Positions 13,062 to 25,808 of a stretch of 64,000 nt of DNA are shown piece by piece. The notes beneath the pieces were generated by a model. The model saw only the letters and a program-made list of their open reading frames with translations. It ran no database searches and had not been told where the DNA came from. The stretch is from Eledone cirrhosa. Lineage: Eukaryota. A program made the translations under genes and the position numbers. Position 1 is the stretch's first letter, and every line of letters begins with the position of its first letter. Location: NCBI GenBank assembly GCA_964016885.1, contig OZ024741.1:81282001-81346000 (forward strand), given 5' to 3'.

Positions 13062-13414
13062 TATATATATATATATAAATATATATACATATATGTATAT
13101 AAATATATATATATAAATATATATATATACATATATATATATATAAATATATATATATATACATATATATAAATATATATATATACATATATATATATAT
13201 AAATATATATATTTATATCTCATAAAATAATACAACTGGTTTTTCCACATTATACATATTGTTAGCACCCCAAACACTTAAATTGGGTTTGTATTTAAAT
13301 ATAACCTAATGTTTGTTGAGTGAGATGGTTACCAGTCATAGTTTAGCTTTAAACTATCTCTGTTATTGTATTACATATATATATAAATATATATATATAC
13401 ATATATATATATAA

Positions 13415-13445
<31 letters not shown>

Positions 13446-13462
13446 AATATATATATATATAA

Positions 13463-13608
13463 TTCCATTTCATTTTACGACCACTTTTCCCTGCTTTCTG
13501 GATGCCCTTCCTAACACCAACCTCATTTACAGTGAGTGCTGGGTGCTTTTTTGCAGTGGCGCCTACATGTCCACTTTGCAGTGGAATGATAGGGACCCCA
13601 GTCCCTAT
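13463..13608 (-). mobile_element. tRNA-SINE 3' half (element split by an insertion)
   Basis: Continues at 17037-17192; CAGTCCCTAT occurs at both breakpoints. Confidence 0.85.
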
Positions 13609-13609
13609 G

Positions 13610-13640
<31 letters not shown>

Positions 13641-13659
13641 ATGTATGTATGTATGTATG

Positions 13660-13692
<33 letters not shown>

Positions 13693-13773
13693 ATATATAG
13701 GGATTTGTATGTATGTATATATATATATACATATATATATTTGTATATATGTATATATATAGGGATTTGTATG

Positions 13774-13814
<41 letters not shown>

Positions 13815-13831
13815 ATATATATATATATATT

Positions 13832-16800
13832 TTTAGCCATAATGAATCTGGCAAAAGAACTGGAAAAAAAACATTCGAGCTATCACCCAGCACCACCCTC
13901 CACTATCACCCCACTGCACAAACTCCCATTGCTGCCATTAACAAACAAACAAATTAACAACACACCAAAACAATTAAAACCATCCACTCTCGCCTCTACA
14001 TTTTTGCTTAACGCCCAAGGCATCAGCCCTTCCACCAATACTCAAAAATGGAAGATCAAATTCCTGGAGGACTGGATTGATGTCCATCCAAACCACATCC
14101 CTTTCTTCGTCCTCACTGAAACCCATCTCAGTAACCTCCACTTGGAAGCCGAGGTGAAAGTGAAAAATTTCAAAGCCATCCGTGCTGATCGCGCTGGCAG
14201 AAGAAAGGGCGGAACTGCCATTTATGTCCATAATTCTTTCTCAACAGAGGCTATGAACATATTCACTAATGGATACTGTGAAGCAGTCACTGTATTCAGT
14301 CAAACCAACAACCTATTAGTAGTTGGGCTCTATAGGCCACCCCAAACGCCTGTACCATGCTTCAAGGAATGCCTCAACAGCATAAAGTGTTTCATCCAAG
14401 AGTGTCACCCTGACAACATCTTAATGATGGGGGACTTCAACCTCCCCGGAGTTGACTGGTCCACAAACAGCCTGCCACCAGGTTCTTCTGCCTCAACCTC
14501 TGACAGGGAAGCTGTGGAATCGCTTCTTGACTTCATGGATGATTTCTTCCTATCCCAACTAGTGCTCGAACCAACGAGGTGCCACAAAAACGTCCTAGAC
14601 TTAATTTTCAGCAATCACACTGACAATATCCACAATATTGCAGTGGAGAAAACTCTACTCTCTGATCATGACATGGTTCTCTGTGATCTGAGATTCCACC
14701 GTCCAATATACAAACCCAATGTCATCTCTCCTGTCCATCCGTTTGACGCTATGGATTTCCACAATGCAAACTGGGAAGCGATCAGTCATGATCTTGCACA
14801 TGTCGACTGGTCCTTCACGCACACTCATACACCCACTAACATCAAAAAGTCCTGGCAGACATTTGTGGACACTGTTACAAACATATGTGCTAAACACACC
14901 CCATTAAGAACTATAAACAAATCTAAGAGCAGAATCCCTAGAAATAGAAAAACGATCATCAGAAAAATTAAGAGAACGAACAAAAAAATCAACAAGCTGA
15001 AATACTGTCAGCAGCAACACATCAACTTGACTGCCATTTCATCACTAGAGATTAAAAAACATAACCTCCAAAACAACATAATGTCCCTCATCAACAATCA
15101 GAGAAGAGCTGAAGAGGCCTGGGCCATTGAGAAGATCAAACTCAATCCCAAAGTGTTCTTTTCATTTGCAAAAAAACACAAAATCACTGGCTCTACTGTT
15201 GGCCCTCTAATTGATGAAAATGGCACTCTTCAAGACAATGCTAAAACCATGGGTGAGATACTGCAGAAACAATACTGCTCGGTTTCTGTTTTCAGCAATC
15301 CTGATATGGCCGATCTGGGCTGTATCGGCGATGTTACTCCCCATTACACCTTATCGGACATAACGTTTGGCGCCCCTGATGTCTTGGCGGCAATAAAGGA
15401 AATCAAGCATAATTCAGCAGTAGGTCCCGATAGGTTCCCTGCTTGTGTCTTGAAGGCGTGTCAACACCAACTTGCATCTCCTCTTGCCAATCTGTGGCGG
15501 AACTCACTGGATGCTGGATATGTGCCAGAAAACCTTCTATCCCAGTCTGTTGTCCCAGTTTTCAAAAAGGGAAACAAATCCCTTGCCGTGAATTACCGTC
15601 CAATCTCACTCACCTCTCATATCATTAAGGTATTTGAGCGAGTGGTGAGATCGCGAATGACCCACTTCCTTGAGAGTAACAATATGCTGAACTCCAACCA
15701 GCATGGATTCCGTAATGGAAGGGATTGCCTGACGCAGCTACTGCATCACTTTGATGACATTTTGAGAGCCTCAGCAAGGCCTTTGACAGGGTTGATCATA
15801 ACATTCTACTGAGAAAGCTGTCCAATATTGGTGTCACTGGAAAGCTGCTGCAGTGGATCAAGAGCTTCCTGTCAAACAGAACCCAACATGTTGTAGTTGA
15901 GGGAGTCAAATCAAGCCCAGCCAAAGTCAGTAGTGGAGTCCCACAAGGCACTGTGTTGGGCCCACTTCTCTTCATCATCTATATTAATGACATCACTGAC
16001 ATCATCAAACACAGCAACATTAAAATTTTCGCTGATGATTCCAAGCTCCAAAAGGTCATCAATGGCGTGGATGACCGGATAAGCCTTCAGTCAGACCTAC
16101 TGGCTGTTACCCAATGGGCAGAAAAGAACAACATGTTACTGAACGAAGACAAATTCGAACTGATCCACTTTGGAAAAGAGGATGCTCTGAAACTCCCGTA
16201 CTCCCTTCCCTCCGGGGAAACTCTCGTGGCATCTAACAACATCAGAGACTTGGGAGTAACCGTGGACAGCAACATAAGCTGGACCACGCATATAAGCAGC
16301 AAAGTTGACATGGCCCGCAGAATGTGTTCCTGGATCCTCAGAACCTTCCAGTCGAGAAATTCCCGCACCATTATCCTTCTCTTCTCTACTTTCGCCCGAC
16401 CACACCTTGAATACTGTTGTCCACTGTGGTCTCCCCACACGAAACAAAGTATCATGAAACTTGAAGCTCCTCAAAGGGCAATCACGAAAAAGATAGATGG
16501 CATGTCAGACCTTGACTACTGGGGTCGATTGGAAAACCTGAAACTTTACTCACTCCAACGTCGCCGTGAGCGTTATATTATCTGCATGATGTGGAAAATG
16601 TTCCATCATCACTGCCCAAATGATGTTGGCATCGCCTTCAAGATACACCCAAGGCTTGGGCCCCGTGCTATCCGTCCCATTCAAAAATCTAAATCGCAAC
16701 TCATAACAACAATACGGCACAATTATTTCACCTCAATCGGCCCTGCTCTCTTCAACATCACACCAGGACACGTCAAAACAGAAACTGACCACACAAAATT

Positions 16801-17003
16801 CAAGAAGTCTTTGGACAAATTCCTCCAAGTAATCCCGGACAAACCACCCACACCCGGATATGTCTCCGCAAACAGTAATTCTCTTCTCGAATGGGCCATG
16901 GTGCCCAAATCCTGAATTGAAAGACTTCGCCAGGTGGTGCTATTAAGTTAGACATGGCCTGGGCCAATACTGGCCAAAACATTTCAAAGTTATTCAAAGT
17001 TAT
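13832..17003 (+). mobile_element. CR1-group non-LTR retrotransposon ORF2 (APE endonuclease + RT), disabled by a deletion
   Basis: APE motifs LNAQG, LTETHL, GLYRPP, MGDFN, LSDHD; RT motifs NYRPISLTS, NQHGFR, GVPQG.VLGPLLF, FADDSK, PHLEYCCPLWSP; frame break near 15770 removes the D..Y.DF segment before SKAFDRVDH; 3' tandem TTCAAAGTTA x2. Confidence 0.93.
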
Positions 17004-17036
17004 GTATATATATATATATATTTGTATGTATGTATA

Positions 17037-17192
17037 CAGTCCCTATCATCTCATTTCTACAGCTGAGTAAACTGGAGCAATGTGAAATAAAGTGTCTTTC
17101 TCAAGGAAACAACACATCACTCGGTCTGAGGATTGAACTCACAACCTTTCGATTGCAAGGCCAATGCTCTAACCACTAAGCCATGTGCCTCC
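17037..17192 (-). mobile_element. tRNA-SINE 5' half (A/B boxes and core)
   Basis: Minus strand GGAGGCACATGGCTTAGTGGTTAGAGC...GAGTTCAATCC...CCTTGAGAAAGACACTT. Confidence 0.9.
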
Positions 17193-17473
17193 ATATATAT
17201 ACATACAAATATATATATATATATATACATACATACAAATATATATATATATATATACATACAAATATATATATATATACATACATACAAATATATATAT
17301 ATATATACAAATATATATATATATATATACATACATACAAATATATATATATATACATACAAATATATATATATATACATACATACATACATATATATAT
17401 ATATACATACATATATATATATATACATACATACATACATATACATACATACATTATATATATATATACATAC

Positions 17474-17510
<37 letters not shown>

Positions 17511-18053
17511 CATACATATATATATATACATACATACAAATATATATATATATATATACATACATACAAATATATATATATATATACATACATACAAATA
17601 TATATATATATATACATACATACAAATATATATATATACATACATACAAATATATATATATATATATATATATACATACATCCAAATATATATATATATA
17701 CATACATACAAATATATATATATATATATATACATACATACAAATATATATATATATATATACATACATACATATATATATACATACATACATACATATA
17801 TATATACATACATACATACATACATATATATATACATACAAATATATATACATACAAACAAATATATATATATATATACATACATACATAAATATATATA
17901 TATACATACATAAATATATACATATACATACATATATAAATATATATATATACATACATAAATATATACATATACATACATATATAAATATATATATATA
18001 CATACATATATAAATATATATATATACATACATATATAAATATATATATATAT
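17193..18053. repeat. Compound microsatellite (TA)n-CATACATACAAA
   Basis: Direct reading. Confidence 0.98.
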
Positions 18054-18054
18054 A

Positions 18055-18851
18055 ATGGAAAAATTTGAACAGGGACAAAACAGAGAGGCAGTACAATAAA
18101 TGTTTATTAATTTCACGCTCAGGAGAGTGGGGGGTAGGTGGGGGACGACGTTTCGGACATAAGCCCTTCCGCAGGTGAGAAGTGTGTAGGAACAGAGTTC
18201 AAAAGGTGTGTAGGGGAGTGGTGGAGAGACATATAGCGAAAGGAAACGGTGCGAATGAAAAATTAACAAATAAAGATAAAAAATAAAAATAAAGCATGAT
18301 CAAAATACAAGGAATGAGAAAATTTAAAAATAAAGGCATGATCAAAATAAACTGAAATTAAAAGGGGGGGTAAACAGGTGGTGGAAGGGTGTGGGGTGAG
18401 TAGGGGTGGTGGCGGGTAGAGTGGGGAGAGGGAGACGGGGTGTCCGAGCGGGGAGGGCTGAAGGTGGTGTGTGTGTGTAGGTGTGCGTGTGTGTATGTGA
18501 AAGTAAGGGTTGGGGGAAGAACGGGGTTGCATGTTCAGGAAGAGGTGTGAGTGGGGGGTGTTTTTGTGGGTCGGAGTGTCTGTGCGCGTGTGGATAGGGG
18601 GGTGGGGGGAGAGGAATCAGGAGGCTGAGGGTGTAAATATGTGGTGGGAAGCACGTGTGTGTGGGGTTTAAGCGTGTTGTGGGTGGCGTGTGGAGAAAAA
18701 AGTTTTTTGGGGGGTGTGTGTGGGTGAGTTATATAGGTGATGACGTAAGAGGATGGTTGAAAAGTTGGTAAGTTCCAAGGATGTTTGGAGGATTGGTTAT
18801 AAGTCAATTTCTGCGTGTGGGTAATCCATGAAGCGGTGGTCGGAAGTGGGG
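18055..18851 (-). mobile_element. Probable Penelope-like 3' end (pLTR) between TA arrays
   Basis: C/A-rich minus strand ending in a hammerhead-like motif CTGCGGA-A-GGGC-TTAT-GTCC-GAAACGTCGTC (18144-18180), then AATAAA; same layout as 10228-10603. Confidence 0.6.
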
Positions 18852-19202
18852 TATATACATACATATATAAATATATATATATACATACATAAATAAATAT
18901 ATATATATATATACATACATATATAAATATATATATCTATATATATACATACAAATATATATATCTATATATATACATACAAATATATATATATATATAT
19001 ACATACAAATATATATATATATATATACATACAAATATATATATATATATATACATACAAATATATATATATATATATACATACATACAAATATATATAT
19101 ATATATATATATATACAAACATACAAATATATATATATACATACATACAAATATATATATATATATATATACAAACATACAAATATATATATATACATAC
19201 CT

Positions 19203-19239
<37 letters not shown>

Positions 19240-19503
19240 AACATACAAATATATATATATATATATACAAACATATATATATATATATAGATACATATAT
19301 AAATATATATATATATACATATATAAATATATATATATATATCTATATATATATATATATATCTATATAGATATATACATACATATATAAATATATATAT
19401 ATATACATACATACATATATAAATATATATATATATATATACATACATATATAAATAAATATATATATATATACATACATATATAAATATATATATATAC
19501 CTA
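18852..19503. repeat. Compound (TA)n microsatellite
   Basis: Direct reading. Confidence 0.98.
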
Positions 19504-19963
19504 CATCATCATCATCATCATCGTTTTACGTCCGTTCTTCCACGCTAGCATGGGTTAGACGGGTTGTCCTGTTGTGGGCAGTGTCTGGTCGGCTGACCAT
19601 GCCTTGCTCATACAGGAACTGATCTGGCTTGATTTCTACAGCTGGATGCCCTTCCTAACACCAACCTCATTTACAGTGAGTGCTGGGTGCTTTTTTGCCG
19701 TGGCACCTCCACGACCACCTTGCGGTGGGGAGGGGGGGGGGGCATATTGTTTATATGCTTCAGCATGTACCCATGGGAGGTCGGGTACCCTGTATAACTG
19801 CGTGACGCCAGAAGTCACGGTCGTGTGTCATTGACTTTGAGAGGTGTAGTTGGGTAAGGTCGGCTTTTATCACCTCATCCCAAGTCATCTTGGGTCTCCC
19901 CACTCCGCGGTTTCCATCAACTTCTAGTGCTCTGCACCTTTTTATGCAGCTGTCATCCTTCAT
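19504..19963 (-). mobile_element. 3' end of a second RTE subfamily
   Basis: MKDDSCIKRCRALEVDGNRGVGRPKMTW..RDFWR; 3' UTR also seen at 49905-50195. Confidence 0.92.
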
Positions 19964-19989
19964 ACATATATAAATATATATATATACCT

Positions 19990-20341
19990 ACATCATCATC
20001 ATCATCAACGTTTAACGTCCGTGTTCCACGCTTGCATGGGTTTGGACGGGGGTAGTCCCACTTGAGGCAAGAGTGATTGTCTTGCTCACATAGGACTGTC
20101 TGGCAGGTTTTCTACAGTTGGATGCCCTTCCTAACACCAACCACATTTACAGTGTGGGTTGGGGAGGTTTTTACCGTGTTGCCTACACGGCCACATTACA
20201 GCGTGGACTGTGTGTTTTTTTGTCGTGACACCTGCACGATCTCATTTGTTTTGGCCTGGATGGTGTGGCACCAACATAACTTTACATAGAACGGGGTGGT
20301 GTGGATGGGGTGGGGGTGGTGGTGGTGGGACGGGGGGGGGG
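19990..20341 (-). mobile_element. RTE 3' UTR fragment
   Basis: Near-identical to 11373-11720. Confidence 0.92.
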
Positions 20342-20603
20342 ATTTATATAAATATATATACATACATATATAAATAAATATATATACCTACATACATATA
20401 TAAATATATATATACATACATACATATATAAATATATATATATACCTACATACATATATAAATATATATATATACATACATACATATATAAATATATATA
20501 TATACATATATAAATATATATATATACATACATACATATATAAATATATATATATACATACATACATATATAAATATATATACATACATACATATATAAA
20601 TAT

Positions 20604-22940
20604 TGATATTGTCGGGGAGAAGTGTGTACTTAACGATGATGGCATACTTGCCATCACCGACGCTGATAAGAAGGTAGCTTGGAAGTGTCACTACGAAAGG
20701 CTTCTAAATGAGGAGAACAAATGGGAGAAAGACAGTCTCCCCCAGATCGATCCAATAGAGGGACCAGCAGTGTTAGTTAAAGGTAGTATAATAAGTAAGG
20801 CAATCAAAGATATGAAGACGGGTAAGGCGGCTGGGCCTTCGGAAATAGTTGCTGAGATGCTGAAGGCATCTGGTTTGGTGGGACACACCATGGTCACCCG
20901 GATAGTTAACCAAGTCGTACAGAATGGGGTTGTTCCGAAGGAATGGCGTAGCAGCATCATCGTTAACTGCTATAAGGGAAAAGGAGATGCCCTAGATAGG
21001 AGTAACTATAGAGGCATTAAATTAATCGACCAGGTCATGAAGGTAACGGAAAAAGTAATAGCGCAACTAATCAGAGAGAGAATTGATCTAGATGAAATGC
21101 AGTTCGGGTTTGTGTCAGGCAAAAGTACCACAGACGCTCTTTTCATTGTACGACAACTACAGGAGAAGTACCTAGCTAAAAGTAAACCCCTATACTTAGC
21201 TTTTGTCGACTTGGAGAAAGCCTTCGACAGAGTCCCCCGTTCCATTATCTGGTGGTCTCTTAGAAAACTAGGTGTTGACGAATGGCTTGTGAGAGCTATA
21301 CAAGCCATGTATAAAGAAACAGTCAGTAAGGTTAGAATTAACAACGAATATAGTGAAGAGTTTAGCGTAAAAGTTGGTGTCCATCAGGGCTCTGTACTTA
21401 GTCCCCTACTATTTATTATTGCCCTTCAGGCTATAACAGAGGAGTTCAAGACCGGCTACCCATGGGAACTCCTATACGCAGATGATCTAACGCTCATAGC
21501 TGAATCAATGACCGAACTAGAGAAGAAATTCCAAACGTGGAAGCACGGCCTAGAATCAAAAGGCCTTAAAATTAACCTGGCTAAGACTAAAGTTCTAGTT
21601 TGTAGGAAAGAAAATAAGGCGGCGGTCCCATCGGGGAAATGGCCATGCTCAGTGTGTAGGAAAGGCGTAGGTAGAAACTCCATTTTATGTCCCAAATGCA
21701 AAGTATGGGTGCATAAAAGATGTAGTGGGATCACAGGTAAGCTAACTAAGAACATAGATTTTACATGTGGCCGGTGCTCTGGTGCAATAAGTAGCAGCAA
21801 GTGCCCAAAAAATACTAGCTCCTTCAACTGCGCAGAGGGTTCTATAGAAATAGTGGACAGCTTCCGTTATCTGGGTGACAAAATCAGCAGTGGGGGAGGG
21901 TGCTCTGAAAGTACAGTAGCTAGAGTCAGAACTGGATGGAAAAAGTTCAGAGAGCTTATACCACTATTAGCCGCTAGAGGGTTCTCCCTAAAAATGAAAG
22001 GCAGGTTATACGATGCCTGCATACGAACAGCAATGCTGCATGGCAGTGAGACCTGGGCATTGTGTGCAGAGGATATACGCAGACTAGAGAGGAACGAAGC
22101 TTGCATGCTCCGCTGGATGTGCAATAGTAATATACGTGAACGGCAAAGCATAAACGAACTAAGGAAAAAATTAGAAATAAGAGGGATCAGATGTTGTTTA
22201 CTCGAGAGAAGGCTACGTTGGTACGGTCACGTGATGCGCATGAAAGACGACAGCTGTATAACAAAGTGCAGGGCAATAAAGATAGACGGTAGCCACGGAG
22301 TAGGCAGACCCAGAAAAACATGGGACGAGCTGATAAATTCCGACCTCACACGCTTACACCTCTCCAAGACAATGTCACTGGACCGAGACCTTTGGCGGTA
22401 CTCAGTAATAGAGAAGACCCGCCTTACCTAAATACAAAGTAATAACCTACTACAGTCAGTAGGCACCTCTATCAAAACACACCCCCGTCCCACCACCTCC
22501 ACCCCACCCACACCGCCCCTTTCAATGTAAAGTTATGTTGGTCCCACAACATCCAGGCCGAAACAAATGAGATCGTGTAGGTGTCACGACAAAAAACACA
22601 CAGTCCACGCTGTAAATGTGGCCGTGTAGGCAACACGGTAAAAACCTCCCAGCCCCACACTGTAAATGTGGTTGGTGTTAGGAAGGGCATCCAGCTGTAG
22701 AAAACCCGCCAGACAGTCCACGCTGTAATGTGGCCGTGTAGGCAACACGGTAAAAACCTCCCAGCCCCACACTGTAAATGTGGTTGGTGTTAGGAAGGGT
22801 ATCCAACTGTAGAAAACCCGCCAGACAGTCCTATGCGAGCAAGACAACCACTCTTGCCTCAAGTGGGAAAACCCCCGTCCAAACCCATGCAAGCGTGGAA
22901 CACGGACGCTAAACCTGATGATGATGATGATGATGATGAT
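20604..22940 (+). mobile_element. RTE LINE, 5'-truncated, RT reading frame intact
   Basis: ORF 20770..22431 (553 aa) with full RT motif set; 3' UTR carries a ~113-bp tandem duplication; (GAT)n tail. Confidence 0.98.
20770..22431 (+). CDS. RTE reverse transcriptase with internal PHD-like finger (endonuclease absent through truncation)
   Basis: [34 protein letters not shown]-x2-C..C-x2-C..H-x2-C..C-x2-C, FRYLG, WYGHV. Confidence 0.9.
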   Translation: MLVKGSIISKAIKDMKTGKAAGPSEIVAEMLKASGLVGHTMVTRIVNQVVQNGVVPKEWRSSIIVNCYKGKGDALDRSNYRGIKLIDQVMKVTEKVIAQLIRERIDLDEMQFGFVSGKSTTDALFIVRQLQEKYLAKSKPLYLAFVDLEKAFDRVPRSIIWWSLRKLGVDEWLVRAIQAMYKETVSKVRINNEYSEEFSVKVGVHQGSVLSPLLFIIALQAITEEFKTGYPWELLYADDLTLIAESMTELEKKFQTWKHGLESKGLKINLAKTKVLVCRKENKAAVPSGKWPCSVCRKGVGRNSILCPKCKVWVHKRCSGITGKLTKNIDFTCGRCSGAISSSKCPKNTSSFNCAEGSIEIVDSFRYLGDKISSGGGCSESTVARVRTGWKKFRELIPLLAARGFSLKMKGRLYDACIRTAMLHGSETWALCAEDIRRLERNEACMLRWMCNSNIRERQSINELRKKLEIRGIRCCLLERRLRWYGHVMRMKDDSCITKCRAIKIDGSHGVGRPRKTWDELINSDLTRLHLSKTMSLDRDLWRYSVIEKTRLT

Positions 22941-24362
<1,422 letters not shown>

Positions 24363-24962
24363 GGTGGTGGCTGCCAACTCGTTTTCGAGTACGGCCACTA
24401 CTTTATATCCATGTAGGAGAACCCCTACCGATGCGCTGAACGAGTGTGACTTTTGAGTCCAGCCAGCGACTTGAAAACTCTGGTACAAACACTACACCTG
24501 TGACAATTATTGACACACAGTGCTGGGCCCATGGTACCATGTGATGACAAGTGCAGAGAGATCTCCAGATATAAAGCAATGTCTGTGCCATGAAGCTTTT
24601 ATAGTGAGCAAAGGCATTGCACAAAGCCAGTCCCACTCTCTTAACCAAGATGATATTTACCAAAAAGAAGAACAAGTCAACATCATTGGATACCATCAGG
24701 GTTGCAGGTGTTATATCAGAGTTTTCCTTCTCCTAGAATTCTGCCTTGACAAAGGCTAAGGGGTCATCTCTCCCGGTGATTTTGGAAGGCCATTGACTCT
24801 TAAGAGCTCCTTTGCCCTTTGACAGGTTTTGTTTTTAGTCCTGCAGGATGTCCAAAGTCACCCTCCTCACCAAGAAACCTTGGTGGGGTTGCCAGTTTAG
24901 TCGCCAACGACCCGACCATGAGACAGGTTGTACTGGGATACATGTTACCAGTAGCACCAACT
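24363..24962 (-). mobile_element. Probable non-autonomous, internally deleted RTE-type element
   Basis: 600-bp island between microsatellites; terminus TGGCTGCCAACTCGTTTTCGAGT resembles the LINE 3' end at 37568-37590; no RT ORF. Confidence 0.55.
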
Positions 24963-24968
24963 GTATAT

Positions 24969-25043
<75 letters not shown>

Positions 25044-25044
25044 C

Positions 25045-25107
<63 letters not shown>

Positions 25108-25132
25108 TATATACATACATACATACATATAT

Positions 25133-25165
<33 letters not shown>

Positions 25166-25808
25166 TATATACATACATACATATATATATTCTCACTTAA
25201 ACCTACTCTTCTCATATACAAATATTTTAAATATATTTGTTACTTCAAACTCTTAACAATATTTCAAATATATGTTATTATTTCAAACTCTTAATTCCCG
25301 CTCCTTAATATCTTCTTCCCCTCCACCACACTCTACAACATGCGGTCAAATCAACACCACCACCCACCCCTCTCTCTCTCTACCCAACCCAGATATATAT
25401 ATAAGACAAAGTAATTCACTTTCGCCAAACTTGTGGCTGTAACTTCATTCATTCATGGTTATAATGTAATGTACTCATTTTTCTACCTCTTCTAACATAC
25501 GCCTAACTCCGTAGTCAGCCCTTCCAATAGCATTTTTTTCTATCCTCTTTCCATTCCCCATGTATTTTCCAAAACAAATCTCTTGTATTTCTGTCATGCT
25601 TGTAAAAATACGGAAGTTTTTGACGTATTTTACTAAACAAATCTTGTTTTTTGTTCGTTAATACAGGGTTCTCACTTAAACCTATCCTTCTCGGTAACAA
25701 CTCAACACCCCTCCCTCCTGCCCCCACACACCACCATTATTATTACGTAGACCAATCATAAGCCAGAGGCCTATACTATCGCTTACCTGGTCGCCTTCGA
25801 TATGTAGG

